The position numbers were made by a program, and so were the translations under genes. A stretch of 64,000 nt of DNA, taken from the NCBI GenBank assembly GCA_030603385.1, contig JAUVXW010000007.1, positions 73,678 through 137,677 of the forward strand. Reading direction: 5' to 3'. The notes under the pieces were generated by a model. The model had not been told where the DNA came from, searched no databases, and was given only the letters and a program-made list of their open reading frames with translations. The stretch comes from Promethearchaeota archaeon. Lineage in GTDB: Archaea > Asgardarchaeota > Lokiarchaeia > Sigyniarchaeales > SOKP01. Shown piece by piece: positions 29,012-39,361 of this stretch. Each line of letters starts with the position of its first letter. The stretch's first letter is position 1.

Positions 29012-30199
29012 ATGAAATCAGTTGAACGTGTAAAAGCAGCTCTTAATTTCTCAGGACCAGATAAGGCTCCAATTTGGAAGTTTAGCAGTGGAAGTGATGT
29101 ATATTTTATGGTTAATATGCCCTCTAAACATTGGCGACCTGGACATTACGAAAATGAGAAAGGTTTATTTCCACATACCGGGAGTGATTTAATAATCAAA
29201 TCAGGTGTGTGGAAATGGGATAAACCTGAATGGGCAAAAGATCCAAAATATAAAGATTGGCTGAATATGCCAAGAGAAGAAATTGATGAATTTGGAACTA
29301 TTTGGGTACGTGCGGGTATTAACACTATGGGACATCCTGGCAGACCTTCACTTACGGACTACGGCAATTTAGATGAATATTTTCAAAAAAATACCCCAAA
29401 TTTCGATGAAGAAAGTAGGTATTCATTTTTTATTAAATTAAGTAAGGGTAGAGCACGTGAGAAATATCGCATGTGCTCTCTTAATCTTGGACCATTTCAA
29501 ATTGCCAGTCAGATGAGAGGTTTTAATAGTTTTTTATTGGATCATTATAAGAATATAAATGAACTCAAGAAACTTTTAAAATATCTAACAGATATTTATG
29601 TAAACTATGAAAAAATGTGGGTTAAATATGGTGCAAATCCCCATGGATTTATATTATATGATGATTTAGGTGAACAGAAAGGACCTTTCTTCAGTCCAAA
29701 ATTGTTTAAAGCGTTCTATGAGCCAGTATATAGACGTTTAATTGAAACTGCACATGAATTGGATTGTGATTTTCATTTACATTGTTGCGGAAAAATCGAT
29801 GCAATAATACCATTATTAATTGAGTGGGGTCTAGATGCACTAGAACTAGATAGTCCTCGAATGACAGGGTACCCCGAATTGCATGAATTCAGAGGAAAAA
29901 TCATGATGTGGGCTTGTGTAAATATTCAATCAACTTATACACTAGGTACACCAGAAGAATGTGAAAGAGAAGTCTGGCATATGGTCCGAAATCTTGGAAC
30001 TCCAGAAGGAGGTTTTGGTGCTTATTTCTATCCCCAGGCAGATCATATTCAAGCACCTAAGGTGAATATTGATGCTTTCACTAAAGGTTTAGAAAAATAT
30101 GGTGTGTATGAAACCATACCCGAACATTGGTGGACATATCCAATAGTAGATGAATGGAAATATAATAAAGTACCTCCATTACCTCCAGCCAAGCCATAA
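29012..30199 (+). CDS. Uroporphyrinogen decarboxylase / MtaA-CmuA family protein
   Basis: ERV, DEFGTIW, MRGF, DDLG.Q, FSP and HCCG motifs. Confidence 0.85.
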   Translation: MKSVERVKAALNFSGPDKAPIWKFSSGSDVYFMVNMPSKHWRPGHYENEKGLFPHTGSDLIIKSGVWKWDKPEWAKDPKYKDWLNMPREEIDEFGTIWVRAGINTMGHPGRPSLTDYGNLDEYFQKNTPNFDEESRYSFFIKLSKGRAREKYRMCSLNLGPFQIASQMRGFNSFLLDHYKNINELKKLLKYLTDIYVNYEKMWVKYGANPHGFILYDDLGEQKGPFFSPKLFKAFYEPVYRRLIETAHELDCDFHLHCCGKIDAIIPLLIEWGLDALELDSPRMTGYPELHEFRGKIMMWACVNIQSTYTLGTPEECEREVWHMVRNLGTPEGGFGAYFYPQADHIQAPKVNIDAFTKGLEKYGVYETIPEHWWTYPIVDEWKYNKVPPLPPAKP

Positions 30200-30320
30200 A
30201 GATTTGATTTTATTTATATTTTATTTATGATATTAATCATACTCTTTAAAGTAATAAAATCCCTTCGATTAGTAAGATTTTATTGGTAAGAATTCTTTTT
30301 TGGTTTATTAATAAATCAAA

Positions 30321-31082
30321 TTGTTCATTATGGCTAACAATCTCTTATGGGACTTATTTGTAGTATTAATTGCATATATTTACGTACTTCTAACAATCCT
30401 TATACCATTAACTCTATATAAAAAAGAAAAAATTTCCAAATTCTCCGCACGTAAAGCAATTCACATGTTCACAGGATTAGCAATTTTAAGTTCACCGTTT
30501 TACTTTTGGCCATTTTGGCCAACTATTATTGCAGGAACTCTAATGTTATTTGTTTATTTTAGTTCAAAAGAATCAAAAGTAAAACAATTAAAAGATTTAT
30601 ATGATGCAATATCTGAAGAACAAGAAGAAGGTTTAAAGAGAGCTTTTCTTCAAGGTCCGTTTTTTTACTGTCTTTCAATTACATCTTTAGTTTTTATTTT
30701 TGGGCTTGTTGCTCCTGATAACTTTTATTTTCCTATCGCTGGAATATTGATAATGATCGTTGCTGATACTCTAGCTTCAGTTATAGGAAAACGTTGGGGA
30801 AAGATAGGAATAAGTTTACCTTGGACAAATTCAAAGAGAACTCTTGAAGGATCCGTGACTTTCTTTGTGACTGCTTTTTTGGTTTGTTTTATAGCTTTTT
30901 TCTTATTTGGTTTACTAATTCCTACTCTTCAAGAACCATTATCTCTTGCTGCTATCGTAATATTTTCTTTAATCACTAGTGCACTTGCAACAATAATTGA
31001 ATTAATCTCTCCCAGCACTCTTGACGATTTAACAGTTCCCTTAGGCAGTACATTAATTATATATTTGTTAACTCTGCTGTAA
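30321..31082 (+). CDS. CTP-dependent polyprenol/diacylglycerol kinase family (SEC59/DGK1/VTE5-like)
   Basis: RKAIHM, ADTLASVIGKRWG, KRTLEGS and DDLTVP motifs; multiple TM helices. Confidence 0.82.
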   Translation: MFIMANNLLWDLFVVLIAYIYVLLTILIPLTLYKKEKISKFSARKAIHMFTGLAILSSPFYFWPFWPTIIAGTLMLFVYFSSKESKVKQLKDLYDAISEEQEEGLKRAFLQGPFFYCLSITSLVFIFGLVAPDNFYFPIAGILIMIVADTLASVIGKRWGKIGISLPWTNSKRTLEGSVTFFVTAFLVCFIAFFLFGLLIPTLQEPLSLAAIVIFSLITSALATIIELISPSTLDDLTVPLGSTLIIYLLTLL

Positions 31083-31151
31083 TTTTTATAAAGCTTCTTT
31101 AATTTTATTAAAGTAATCATTAAAAAAAGTAAGGAATCAAACCTATCTGTC

Positions 31152-32546
31152 ATGGAAAACATACAAAAGTCGTTTGACGTTATTGTGGTTGGAGCTGGTA
31201 CAGGAGGTACCACTGCTGCGAGGTTCATTGCTAAAAAAGGTTTAGAGGTATGTTTAATTGATAGAAAACCAAGGGATAGAATAGGGGATAAAATATGTGG
31301 CGATGCTGTAGGAAACGAAATTTTCGGTCTTTTAAACATTAACCACCCTAAAAGTGAGGAACTATCTTGCCATATTAAGGGGATAAAACTATATTCACCA
31401 AATCTTAAGAAATGTCTAACTTTAATTGATCCAAAACAAGCAGGATATATTGTTAATAGATTGGAATTTGGTCAACGATTATTAAACGAAGCTATTGATG
31501 TAGGAATAAAACAGTTTTTAGATAAAACTATGGCTTTAGATTTAATATATAATAATGGTACTGTTAATGGTTTAAAAGTTAAATTAGAAAATGGAGAAAA
31601 AAGTGAATTAAAAGCAAAACTAGTAATTGATGCTAGTGGTTTTTATTCTCCTATAAGAAAAACTATAAAGAGTTCTCTAATTGAAAAAAATATCTCTAAA
31701 GAAGATAGTTTATTATGTTATCGAGAAATAATTAAATTTTCACCAAAAGATCAAGAAGTACAAGATCCTGAATATATATCAATTATTCTTGATCAAGAAA
31801 AGGCTCCAGGAGGATACATATGGTATTTTCCAAAAAATGAATCCTCGGTTAACATTGGATTAGGAGCTTTTATGGCATACAAAGGAAAAGTAAAAGATTT
31901 TTACCAAAGAAATGTGTTTCAAGAATATATCAAAGCATCAAAATTTGAAACCATTTCTTCTGGTGGTGGTGTGGTTCCAGTAAGAAGACCATTATGGTCT
32001 TGTGCCGATAATGGTATTATGTTTGTCGGGGATTCGGCTTGCCAAGTGAATCCTCTTCATGGAGGTGGAATTGATCCATCAATGAGAGCTGGATACTATG
32101 CAGCTAATTCAGCAGTTAGTGCTATTGAAAAAGAAGATTATTCAATAAATATGTTATGGGATTATAATCATTCCGTTATGACTAGCTTTGGTGCTGAATT
32201 TGCTGCTTTAGATTTACTAAGAATAGTTCTTCAACACCTCTCGAATGATGACATAAATTTTGGTTTAGAACGCGATTTACTTAGCGGAGAGGAAATCTTA
32301 GAAATATCATCTAAAGGCGGATTAAACTTATCCTTAGTAAATATGGCAATTAAAGCATTTAAAGGAATTTCCCGTCCAAATTTATTATTAGATTTAAATT
32401 ATCTTAGAATAAAAATGAATGAAATATATAGACTTTATAAAACTTTTCCAGAAAATATAGCTAAATTTCCGGAATGGAAGGAAGATGTTATTGGAATTTA
32501 TGATAAAATAAAAAGAATGATTGTTAATACTAAAAAAAGCAAATAA
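31152..32546 (+). CDS. Digeranylgeranylglycerophospholipid (geranylgeranyl) reductase
   Basis: GAGTGG, KICGD, PGGYIWYFP and GDSA..VNPLHGGGI motifs; lipid gene context. Confidence 0.88.
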   Translation: MENIQKSFDVIVVGAGTGGTTAARFIAKKGLEVCLIDRKPRDRIGDKICGDAVGNEIFGLLNINHPKSEELSCHIKGIKLYSPNLKKCLTLIDPKQAGYIVNRLEFGQRLLNEAIDVGIKQFLDKTMALDLIYNNGTVNGLKVKLENGEKSELKAKLVIDASGFYSPIRKTIKSSLIEKNISKEDSLLCYREIIKFSPKDQEVQDPEYISIILDQEKAPGGYIWYFPKNESSVNIGLGAFMAYKGKVKDFYQRNVFQEYIKASKFETISSGGGVVPVRRPLWSCADNGIMFVGDSACQVNPLHGGGIDPSMRAGYYAANSAVSAIEKEDYSINMLWDYNHSVMTSFGAEFAALDLLRIVLQHLSNDDINFGLERDLLSGEEILEISSKGGLNLSLVNMAIKAFKGISRPNLLLDLNYLRIKMNEIYRLYKTFPENIAKFPEWKEDVIGIYDKIKRMIVNTKKSK

Positions 32547-32565
32547 ATATAAAGATGTGATATAT

Positions 32566-33384
32566 ATGGTCGATATTGTAATTGATGAATATATTGAAAA
32601 AAGCACTTATGAATATGTCCTTAAGAAAATTAATAATGAGGGTGCTTTACATTTCTCCTTAATTGATCCAGACCCTTTAAGACAAAGTCCAATGAAAGCC
32701 GCAAAAATGGCTAAATATGCTGAAGAAGCTGGTACTGATGCCATTTTAATTGGGGGAAGTACCGTTTTTGATCAGGCTTTTGTGGATAAGACAATATTAG
32801 CAATAAAAGAGAGAGTTAATGTCCCTTTAATCATTTTTCCAGGAGGAATAAGTAATATTTCTCAACATGCAGATGCTATTTTCTTCATGTCTTTATTAAA
32901 TTCGTTAGATCCTTATTTTATTATAGGCCAACAAGCTTTAGCTTCATATACAATAAAATCCTCTAATCTAGAATCCATATCGATGGCTTATTTAATTGTA
33001 GAACCAGGTGCAAGTGCGGGATGGATTGGTAATGCCAAACTATTACCGAGAAATAAACCTAAATTAACCACCGCTTATGCTTTAGCAGCAGAAATGATTG
33101 GATTTAAAATTATTTATTTAGAAGCAGGTTCAGGCAGTGAAAGAATTCCAAAAGAACATATTGAAATGTGTTCTAAGATTCTAAATATCCCAATAATTGT
33201 AGGTGGAGGAGTTAGTAATAAAGATGATGCAAGATGTTTAGTTGAAGCAGGAGCTGATGTAGTTGTAATGGGAACATTTCTTGAGAATAATCTTTTAAGA
33301 GATAACGGAACATCGTTAAAGGGTATCATAGAGGAAATAAAAAATGCTGGAAAAACACAAAAGAAGAATTATCTTATAAAGTGA
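32566..33384 (+). CDS. Geranylgeranylglyceryl phosphate synthase
   Basis: LIDPD, IGGS, FPG, SLLNS, YLEAGSG and VGGG motifs. ATG at 32566 is preferred over the track start at 32521. Confidence 0.93.
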   Translation: MVDIVIDEYIEKSTYEYVLKKINNEGALHFSLIDPDPLRQSPMKAAKMAKYAEEAGTDAILIGGSTVFDQAFVDKTILAIKERVNVPLIIFPGGISNISQHADAIFFMSLLNSLDPYFIIGQQALASYTIKSSNLESISMAYLIVEPGASAGWIGNAKLLPRNKPKLTTAYALAAEMIGFKIIYLEAGSGSERIPKEHIEMCSKILNIPIIVGGGVSNKDDARCLVEAGADVVVMGTFLENNLLRDNGTSLKGIIEEIKNAGKTQKKNYLIK

Positions 33385-33411
33385 AATTCTTGTTTCGGGA
33401 GGAATTAATAA

Positions 33412-34287
33412 ATGAAAGTTAAAGACGCAATTGAAATACTCCGACCTCTTAACTGTCTTATGGGAAGTTTAACTGTTATCATTGGAATTTTAAATACAAG
33501 AATTGGAATCAACACATCTACTCTTATATTTAATATAATTTTAGGTATTCTGACGTACTTTTTTTTAGCAGGTTCAGGAAATGTTATAAATGATTATTAT
33601 GATGTAGAAATTGACAAAATAAATCGCCCTGAAAGACCAATTCCAAGAGGGTCAATAACTTTAAAACAAGCTAAGACTATATGGATAACCACAGCTCTTG
33701 TTGGTATAGTTATAGTGATTCTTCATAGTTTTCTATTTAATATTGGTTATCTAAATATAATCATGGCAATATTTATGGTATTTATTGGATGGTTATATGC
33801 TGCTTGGGGTAAAAAGAGTGGATTTATCGGAAATATAATTGTTAGTATATCATTTTCTATTGGACTTATCTACGGAGCCATCTTAAATAATTCGGATGTG
33901 CCTTTTTATATATATTTCTTCTTTTTAACGTCATTCTTCCTTTTGCTTTCTCGAGAAATTATTAAGGGGTGTGAGGATATTGAAGGTGACAAAAATGAAG
34001 GAGTTAAAACTCTAGCTATAAAGATTGGTATCAAGAAATCTACAAAAATTTCTATGATTTTTGCAATTTTAGCAATAGCATTCTTTACATTACCTTATTT
34101 TACTAATATTCTAAATCCTATATTCTTCTTAATTTCTATGGTTTTCGGTCTAGGAGTTGTTCTTTATGCTGTAATTATAATGGCAAAACGTAATTTAGTA
34201 AGAAAGCATTTTAAAAAAGTTAGTTTAATCTTAAAATTAGGTGCATACCTTGGATTAATTGCTTTCCTCTTTGCAAGTTTTTATTAA
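33412..34287 (+). CDS. Digeranylgeranylglyceryl phosphate synthase (UbiA family)
   Basis: RPLN, NDYYDVEIDKINRPERPIP and REIIK..EDIEGD motifs. Confidence 0.9.
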   Translation: MKVKDAIEILRPLNCLMGSLTVIIGILNTRIGINTSTLIFNIILGILTYFFLAGSGNVINDYYDVEIDKINRPERPIPRGSITLKQAKTIWITTALVGIVIVILHSFLFNIGYLNIIMAIFMVFIGWLYAAWGKKSGFIGNIIVSISFSIGLIYGAILNNSDVPFYIYFFFLTSFFLLLSREIIKGCEDIEGDKNEGVKTLAIKIGIKKSTKISMIFAILAIAFFTLPYFTNILNPIFFLISMVFGLGVVLYAVIIMAKRNLVRKHFKKVSLILKLGAYLGLIAFLFASFY

Positions 34288-35694
34288 TTCTAATACTCTA
34301 TCAAAATTCTTCTTTTTGATTAAATTAAACAAATTTTCCTTAACCTCTTGATTTATTTTGTTATAGGGGTATGTTTGAATTAATTTTCTAGTCTGAGTTA
34401 AACCTAAATATTTTCTAGTATACTCAGCTTTGGAATATTTATACGTTGTGAGAAATCCACTATCTAACTTCTCCCTAAAAGTTTCTAATACAAAATTAAA
34501 ATAATCTCTTAACAACTTCTGTTCATTTGGTATGATAACAGGTTCAAAAAATATTTGAATTGGATGAGTTCTATAAGTATTACCAGAAACATAAATTCCA
34601 TTCACATTAAAATCTTCTGAAACTATTCCTAACCCAACTCTTCCATTATAAGAGCCTGTATCAACTGTTCGAACATATAATATATTAGATTCTACTATAC
34701 TTTTCATTTTATCATTTATTTGAAGTTTTAATTTAATGTATTGATTATTACGATAGTCATTTGCATCAATAACGTCTAATTTATTATTTCCTTTATTATT
34801 CAACACATCTTTCTTTAATAGATAATACTTAACTATTAACGGTTTTAAAGCCTGATATTCTTCAAGAAACTCATCAAATTCTGAACCCGCACGATAATTA
34901 AATTCTGGTTTAAGTATATAACTCTTCTCTACTATCTTATCTTTTTTTCTAATTTTTATTCCACTAAATTCTATGATTTCAGATTTAGGGATTGGTTTCT
35001 TCTTGAAAAACCCAATACAGATATTAGTTCCAGTATATTCGAAAATTTTTGTTTCAAAGATAAACATCTTATTAATATTATAGTATTTTAATAAATCCAA
35101 ACGAAATTTATTCGAAACTGAAGCCCCAAATAGAAAATTGGAAGGGATAATATATATTAAATTTTCAATATTATTTCTTAAATCATTTATCATAGCAATT
35201 TGATAAAGATCCTGATACCCTTCGTTCTTTCCTTTAAAAAGTTTTAAATACCCCTGAGTCTCTTTATGCTTTCTGATATACCCTAAATATAAATATGGAG
35301 GATTTGTGATATGATATAATGGCAAGTGTTCATTTTTTAAAAAGATAGGGAAACTTTCTAAATTATTTCGAAGTTTTATGTTGTTAGAAGCGACCTCTGA
35401 AGGGATTCCATAATTTTTCGCATTTTCTATGCATTTATCTACCATTTCTGGGTGAATATCAAATAGAAAAATATGTTCTTCAAAAAATTTTATCCGATTT
35501 TCAGAAGGAATTAAGTTCAATACTGGTAAAATTAAATTCCCTTCCCCTGCATACAAATCAATCCATCTAAATTTCCATAATTTTTCTTTTATTTCAGGAT
35601 ATATATAATTTAAGGAAATATCACTTGAAGTTAAATGGATACCATAAGATCTTCTATACATATTTTCCTCAAGTTCGTTTTTAGTATTTCCCAT
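34255..35694 (-). CDS. Orphan N6-adenine (or N4-cytosine) DNA methyltransferase
   Basis: GIHLT, DLYAGEGNL, TNPPY and IIPSNFL motifs. Confidence 0.8.
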   Translation of the reverse strand: MGNTKNELEENMYRRSYGIHLTSSDISLNYIYPEIKEKLWKFRWIDLYAGEGNLILPVLNLIPSENRIKFFEEHIFLFDIHPEMVDKCIENAKNYGIPSEVASNNIKLRNNLESFPIFLKNEHLPLYHITNPPYLYLGYIRKHKETQGYLKLFKGKNEGYQDLYQIAMINDLRNNIENLIYIIPSNFLFGASVSNKFRLDLLKYYNINKMFIFETKIFEYTGTNICIGFFKKKPIPKSEIIEFSGIKIRKKDKIVEKSYILKPEFNYRAGSEFDEFLEEYQALKPLIVKYYLLKKDVLNNKGNNKLDVIDANDYRNNQYIKLKLQINDKMKSIVESNILYVRTVDTGSYNGRVGLGIVSEDFNVNGIYVSGNTYRTHPIQIFFEPVIIPNEQKLLRDYFNFVLETFREKLDSGFLTTYKYSKAEYTRKYLGLTQTRKLIQTYPYNKINQEVKENLFNLIKKKNFDRVLELIKTCKEESN

Positions 35695-35808
35695 ATTTCA
35701 ATATAAGCAGTACACATACTTCTTATTAATTTTATCAAATTTTTTCTTTTAGAAAACTAATATGATTCATTTGCTTGAAAAATAAAAAAGAAAAAAATAG
35801 AATTGAAC

Positions 35809-36858
35809 TTAAATTTTGTATTTCTGTAGCTTATAAATATTATAGAAATTTTCTATAGTTAAGAGAGCCATACCTGTAATCACTAAGGTCATTATAGCTC
35901 TAAAAGTACCATAAAATTCTGGTGCAACTCCTATATTTTGAAATGTATCAGAAGGCTCGTCAACTACAATTATTGGAAATATTTCTGGGCGCATCATCAT
36001 AATTACTGCGATCGAGATTGAGCTTAATTTGACAATTATAGTTATAACATGAATAATTTGATGAGTGTTAATTTGCCTATTTCCTATTAATCCACGTGTC
36101 ATATCAAGAAAACCTTCCGTTATTACAAATAAACTTCCAAATCGCACCAATAATAGAAACTCTGGATCTATTAATTTACTCAGACCCGGAATAGGCTGAA
36201 TAAATAGAAATAGACCGATTGTTATAAGAATTACGCCACCTATAATTTCTCCAACAGGTTTGATAAATGGTTTTAATGGCTTACCATTTTTAGTTTCATA
36301 TGCTAAATCCCTTTCCTTTGCGAATTCAACTTGCTTTTCTTGCTCTTTGAGTGATTTCTTCGATTTAAAATCTTCAGGGAAATATCCTTGCATTGATAAT
36401 GCGACGAATATAATAGTAATTACTGCAAAAGCACCAAGAAGCCCTGCTTGTAACCCTGTAGCAAGACTTTCAACAACCTCCTCCGCACTTACATTTTCAA
36501 AAATAACATTGATTATCGGAGTAATGATATTGATTGCGATTATAACCAAAAATCCAATTATCAATACCTTTATATAAAGTGGCCAGAGTTCTTCTGTTAT
36601 ATATATTTTTGGCGTTCCTCGTCGTTTATATTCTTTTGCGATATTCTCTGGTGTTCCCATATGATCAATTGCTACCTGAACTGTTTCTAAAGTGGGCTGA
36701 CCTGTTTTTGATAATTCTTCTGCCTTACTCCAGATGTGATCTTCAAATTCAGCCAAAATTTCCTTATGTTCCTTCTTTTCTTTTAACCAATCAGGTAATT
36801 TTGTTTTTACATTTTTTAAAAATTCTTTTATTAAGCTTTCCATCTCTTTTTCACTCAT
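35809..36858 (-). CDS. Membrane protein with N-terminal HAAS signalling domain
   Basis: EILAEFEDHI..A..HMGTPENIAKEY, then about 6 TM helices; 4-bp overlap with PadR. Confidence 0.8.
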   Translation of the reverse strand: MSEKEMESLIKEFLKNVKTKLPDWLKEKKEHKEILAEFEDHIWSKAEELSKTGQPTLETVQVAIDHMGTPENIAKEYKRRGTPKIYITEELWPLYIKVLIIGFLVIIAINIITPIINVIFENVSAEEVVESLATGLQAGLLGAFAVITIIFVALSMQGYFPEDFKSKKSLKEQEKQVEFAKERDLAYETKNGKPLKPFIKPVGEIIGGVILITIGLFLFIQPIPGLSKLIDPEFLLLVRFGSLFVITEGFLDMTRGLIGNRQINTHQIIHVITIIVKLSSISIAVIMMMRPEIFPIIVVDEPSDTFQNIGVAPEFYGTFRAIMTLVITGMALLTIENFYNIYKLQKYKI

Positions 36859-37403
36859 TTTCTTAAACCTCTTGTGTTTAATTCTTGTTCAATATTAAAT
36901 CCACAAATTGTACAAAATTTTAATTCTAAATTAGAAAGATCGATTTTATTAGCACACATAGGGCAGTATAGATATTTATCCTGCTTCAAATTAACTTTAA
37001 CATCAAATAGCGGAGCAATAGCTTCAGTTAACTTCGAATAAAAACCTACTAGATGGTTAAAGACTCTTTCGCCATATTCAGTCATACTATAAAATTTCTT
37101 TTTTCTCCCTGTTTCTTCTCTTCGAGATTTTATTATTTTTTCTCCTTCAAGCTTTCTTAATATTGGATAGAGTGTTCCTTCTTCAATAATTAACATCTCA
37201 TTTGTTTGGTTTGTCAAATCTTTCAGAATTTTATATCCATGGAGTTCCTTTTCTTCTGATCGCATAATAATTGATAAGATGCAAAGAGAACTAATACCTC
37301 GGTTAATTTCTGTTTCTTGTTTTTCAACGTATTCCCTAAACTCTTGTGATGCAATTAAAACGTTTGAACCGTATTCTTTTACTCGTTTAATAATCGCTAT
37401 CAA
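36855..37403 (-). CDS. PadR-family transcriptional regulator with C-terminal zinc ribbon
   Basis: HGYKI, EEGTLYPILRKLE, KKKFYSMTEYG and CPMC..CTICG motifs. Exact start is uncertain. Confidence 0.9.
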   Translation of the reverse strand: MIAIIKRVKEYGSNVLIASQEFREYVEKQETEINRGISSLCILSIIMRSEEKELHGYKILKDLTNQTNEMLIIEEGTLYPILRKLEGEKIIKSRREETGRKKKFYSMTEYGERVFNHLVGFYSKLTEAIAPLFDVKVNLKQDKYLYCPMCANKIDLSNLELKFCTICGFNIEQELNTRGLRK

Positions 37404-37424
37404 CTCATTTTGTGTTTTTATACA

Positions 37425-37466
37425 ATATAGTATTTTATGAATACTATATCACGTATAGTATATAAA
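37425..37466 (-). promoter_or_regulatory. Putative PadR operator (overlapping inverted repeats) adjoining a TATA box
   Basis: ATATAGTATT-N5-AATACTATAT (37425-37449), ATACTATA-N5-TATAGTAT (37441-37461), and minus-strand TTTATATA at 37459-37466. Confidence 0.65.
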
Positions 37467-37637
37467 TCTTTAGATTTTTAATACAGATTGTTAACTTATT
37501 GAGATCAAAACAAATATATAGATATAATATATAAATTAAATAAGAAAAACGGGTTAAGAATAACCTATATTCCGTTTTAACGTTGGAATAACTTTATTAC
37601 TGATTGGATATTAATAAAACTAGAATAGAGGAATAAA

Positions 37638-38441
37638 ATGAGCGAAAAAGAATCTCATTTGCAGCGATTTAATAAATTCTATGTTAATTTTGTGAATCCG
37701 AAATTCATGAAAGTTAAACAAAACAGTAAAAAGTTTTATGATAAGATAACTGAACCGAAAATTGTCAAAATTTCAATTTATGTGAGTTTAGCCACATTTT
37801 TACCAGGAATAATAATAGGCTTGATCGTTGCCATAAATTATGGTCACCTTCCATATAGTGTATGGTTAAATTATATAAGTGATTTAGGGGCATTAAAGCA
37901 TACTCCAGCACCATATATTTTAGATGTAACTTGCGCTCTATCAGCAATTTTCATTGTTCCTTTAATTTTAAATTTAAGTCGGTTATATAGTTCAAATATG
38001 AGTGAGAATATAGATAATTCTAAACGTACCCATTATATAAATAAATTTAGAAGAATTTTTGGGTATATGGGTGTATCATTTCTTTTTGTAGGAGTATTCG
38101 GGATGTTTTTTGTGGGAATATTTAGTTTAGATCGTTCTCCATTAAATGCTCATTATTTCTTTTCCACATTAACATTCGGGGGTTTTACATTCGGTGCTTT
38201 TTTCACAGGATTAGCAATTGTGCTTAAGAAAAAATTATTTCCTAAAGCAATTGGCTATTTTATGATATTAGGACCATCAATAGCAAGCATAATCTTTTTA
38301 ATATGTCCAGAACCATTAACAAGACAGTTTCTTGAATGGATTATGCTGTTTAGTGCGCTTGGATGGTACTATATTATCGTTTTTATCACTTTACAGAAAC
38401 TTAATTCCTTACTATTCTTCAATCCTAACTTTAAATGGTAA
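37638..38441 (+). CDS. DUF998/Frag1-like multi-pass membrane protein
   Basis: NYISDLG, VGIF..D...H and FLEW motifs; 6 TM helices. Confidence 0.7.
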   Translation: MSEKESHLQRFNKFYVNFVNPKFMKVKQNSKKFYDKITEPKIVKISIYVSLATFLPGIIIGLIVAINYGHLPYSVWLNYISDLGALKHTPAPYILDVTCALSAIFIVPLILNLSRLYSSNMSENIDNSKRTHYINKFRRIFGYMGVSFLFVGVFGMFFVGIFSLDRSPLNAHYFFSTLTFGGFTFGAFFTGLAIVLKKKLFPKAIGYFMILGPSIASIIFLICPEPLTRQFLEWIMLFSALGWYYIIVFITLQKLNSLLFFNPNFKW

Positions 38442-38527
38442 TGAATTTCTTTCTAGATTTTACTTTATAATCGTAATTTTTATTTTATTATGTTATATAC
38501 CTAGTTAAAAGGAGTCACAAATAAACT

Positions 38528-39358
38528 ATGGAGCTATCAAATAGTTTAGAAAAGAAGTTAGACAATATAATTTCGTTTTTAAGAGGAAAAAAGGTATTAG
38601 TAGCTTTTTCTGGAGGAGTTGATAGCTCATTATTAGCTTTTCTTTCAAGTAAATATGCTAAAGAAACACTACTTATAACTGAAAAATCGATTCTCTATCC
38701 TGATGATGAAATTGAAGAAGCTAGTCAATTTGCTATGAAACATGACATTCAACATGTAATTATTACAAGGGATCCATTGAAAAATATTGATTTTCAATGC
38801 AACCCTTCAAATCGTTGTTATCTCTGTAAGACTGGTTTATATAATGAGATTCTTGAAATAAAAAGTTCTAGAAATTTTGATGTAGTTTTGGATGGCTCTA
38901 ATATGGATGATCTTTCAGATTTTAGGCCAGGTATGCAAGCTTTAAAAGAATTAGAAATTTCCACACCCTATATAGATAACAACATAATTAAAGAAGAAAT
39001 TAGGGAGATTTCTAAATTTTATGATTTAGATGTTCAAGCAAAGCCATCAATGGCTTGTTTTTCTTCTCGAATTCCATATGGGCAAGTGATAAATGAAGAA
39101 AAATTAATTATGATAAGAGAAGCAGAAAGATTCCTAAAGAATACTTTCAATGTAAAACAATTAAGGGTTAGGTTACATGAAAATAACCTTGGACGAATTG
39201 AATTCTTACCAGCTGATCTTCCCAAAGTTTTAACAAGAGAAAATATGATAACAATTAAAAATAAGTTAAAAAAGCTTGGATTTACTTATGTTACAGTAGA
39301 TATTGAGGGTTTTCGCTCTGGTTCTATGAATGAAGCTCTAAATTTAGACAAAAACTAA
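38528..39358 (+). CDS. larE: LarE-like ATP-dependent sulfur transferase (PP-loop)
   Basis: AFSGGVDS, RCYLCK, DDLSDFRPG, ACFSSRIPYG and GFRSGSMN motifs. Confidence 0.9.
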   Translation: MELSNSLEKKLDNIISFLRGKKVLVAFSGGVDSSLLAFLSSKYAKETLLITEKSILYPDDEIEEASQFAMKHDIQHVIITRDPLKNIDFQCNPSNRCYLCKTGLYNEILEIKSSRNFDVVLDGSNMDDLSDFRPGMQALKELEISTPYIDNNIIKEEIREISKFYDLDVQAKPSMACFSSRIPYGQVINEEKLIMIREAERFLKNTFNVKQLRVRLHENNLGRIEFLPADLPKVLTRENMITIKNKLKKLGFTYVTVDIEGFRSGSMNEALNLDKN

Positions 39359-39361
39359 GGT

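Noticed and set aside
30321-31082. CDP-archaeol synthase (CarS)
   Set aside because: The RKxxH, DxxAxxxGxxxG and KxxEGS motifs fit the SEC59/DGK1/VTE5 kinases better.
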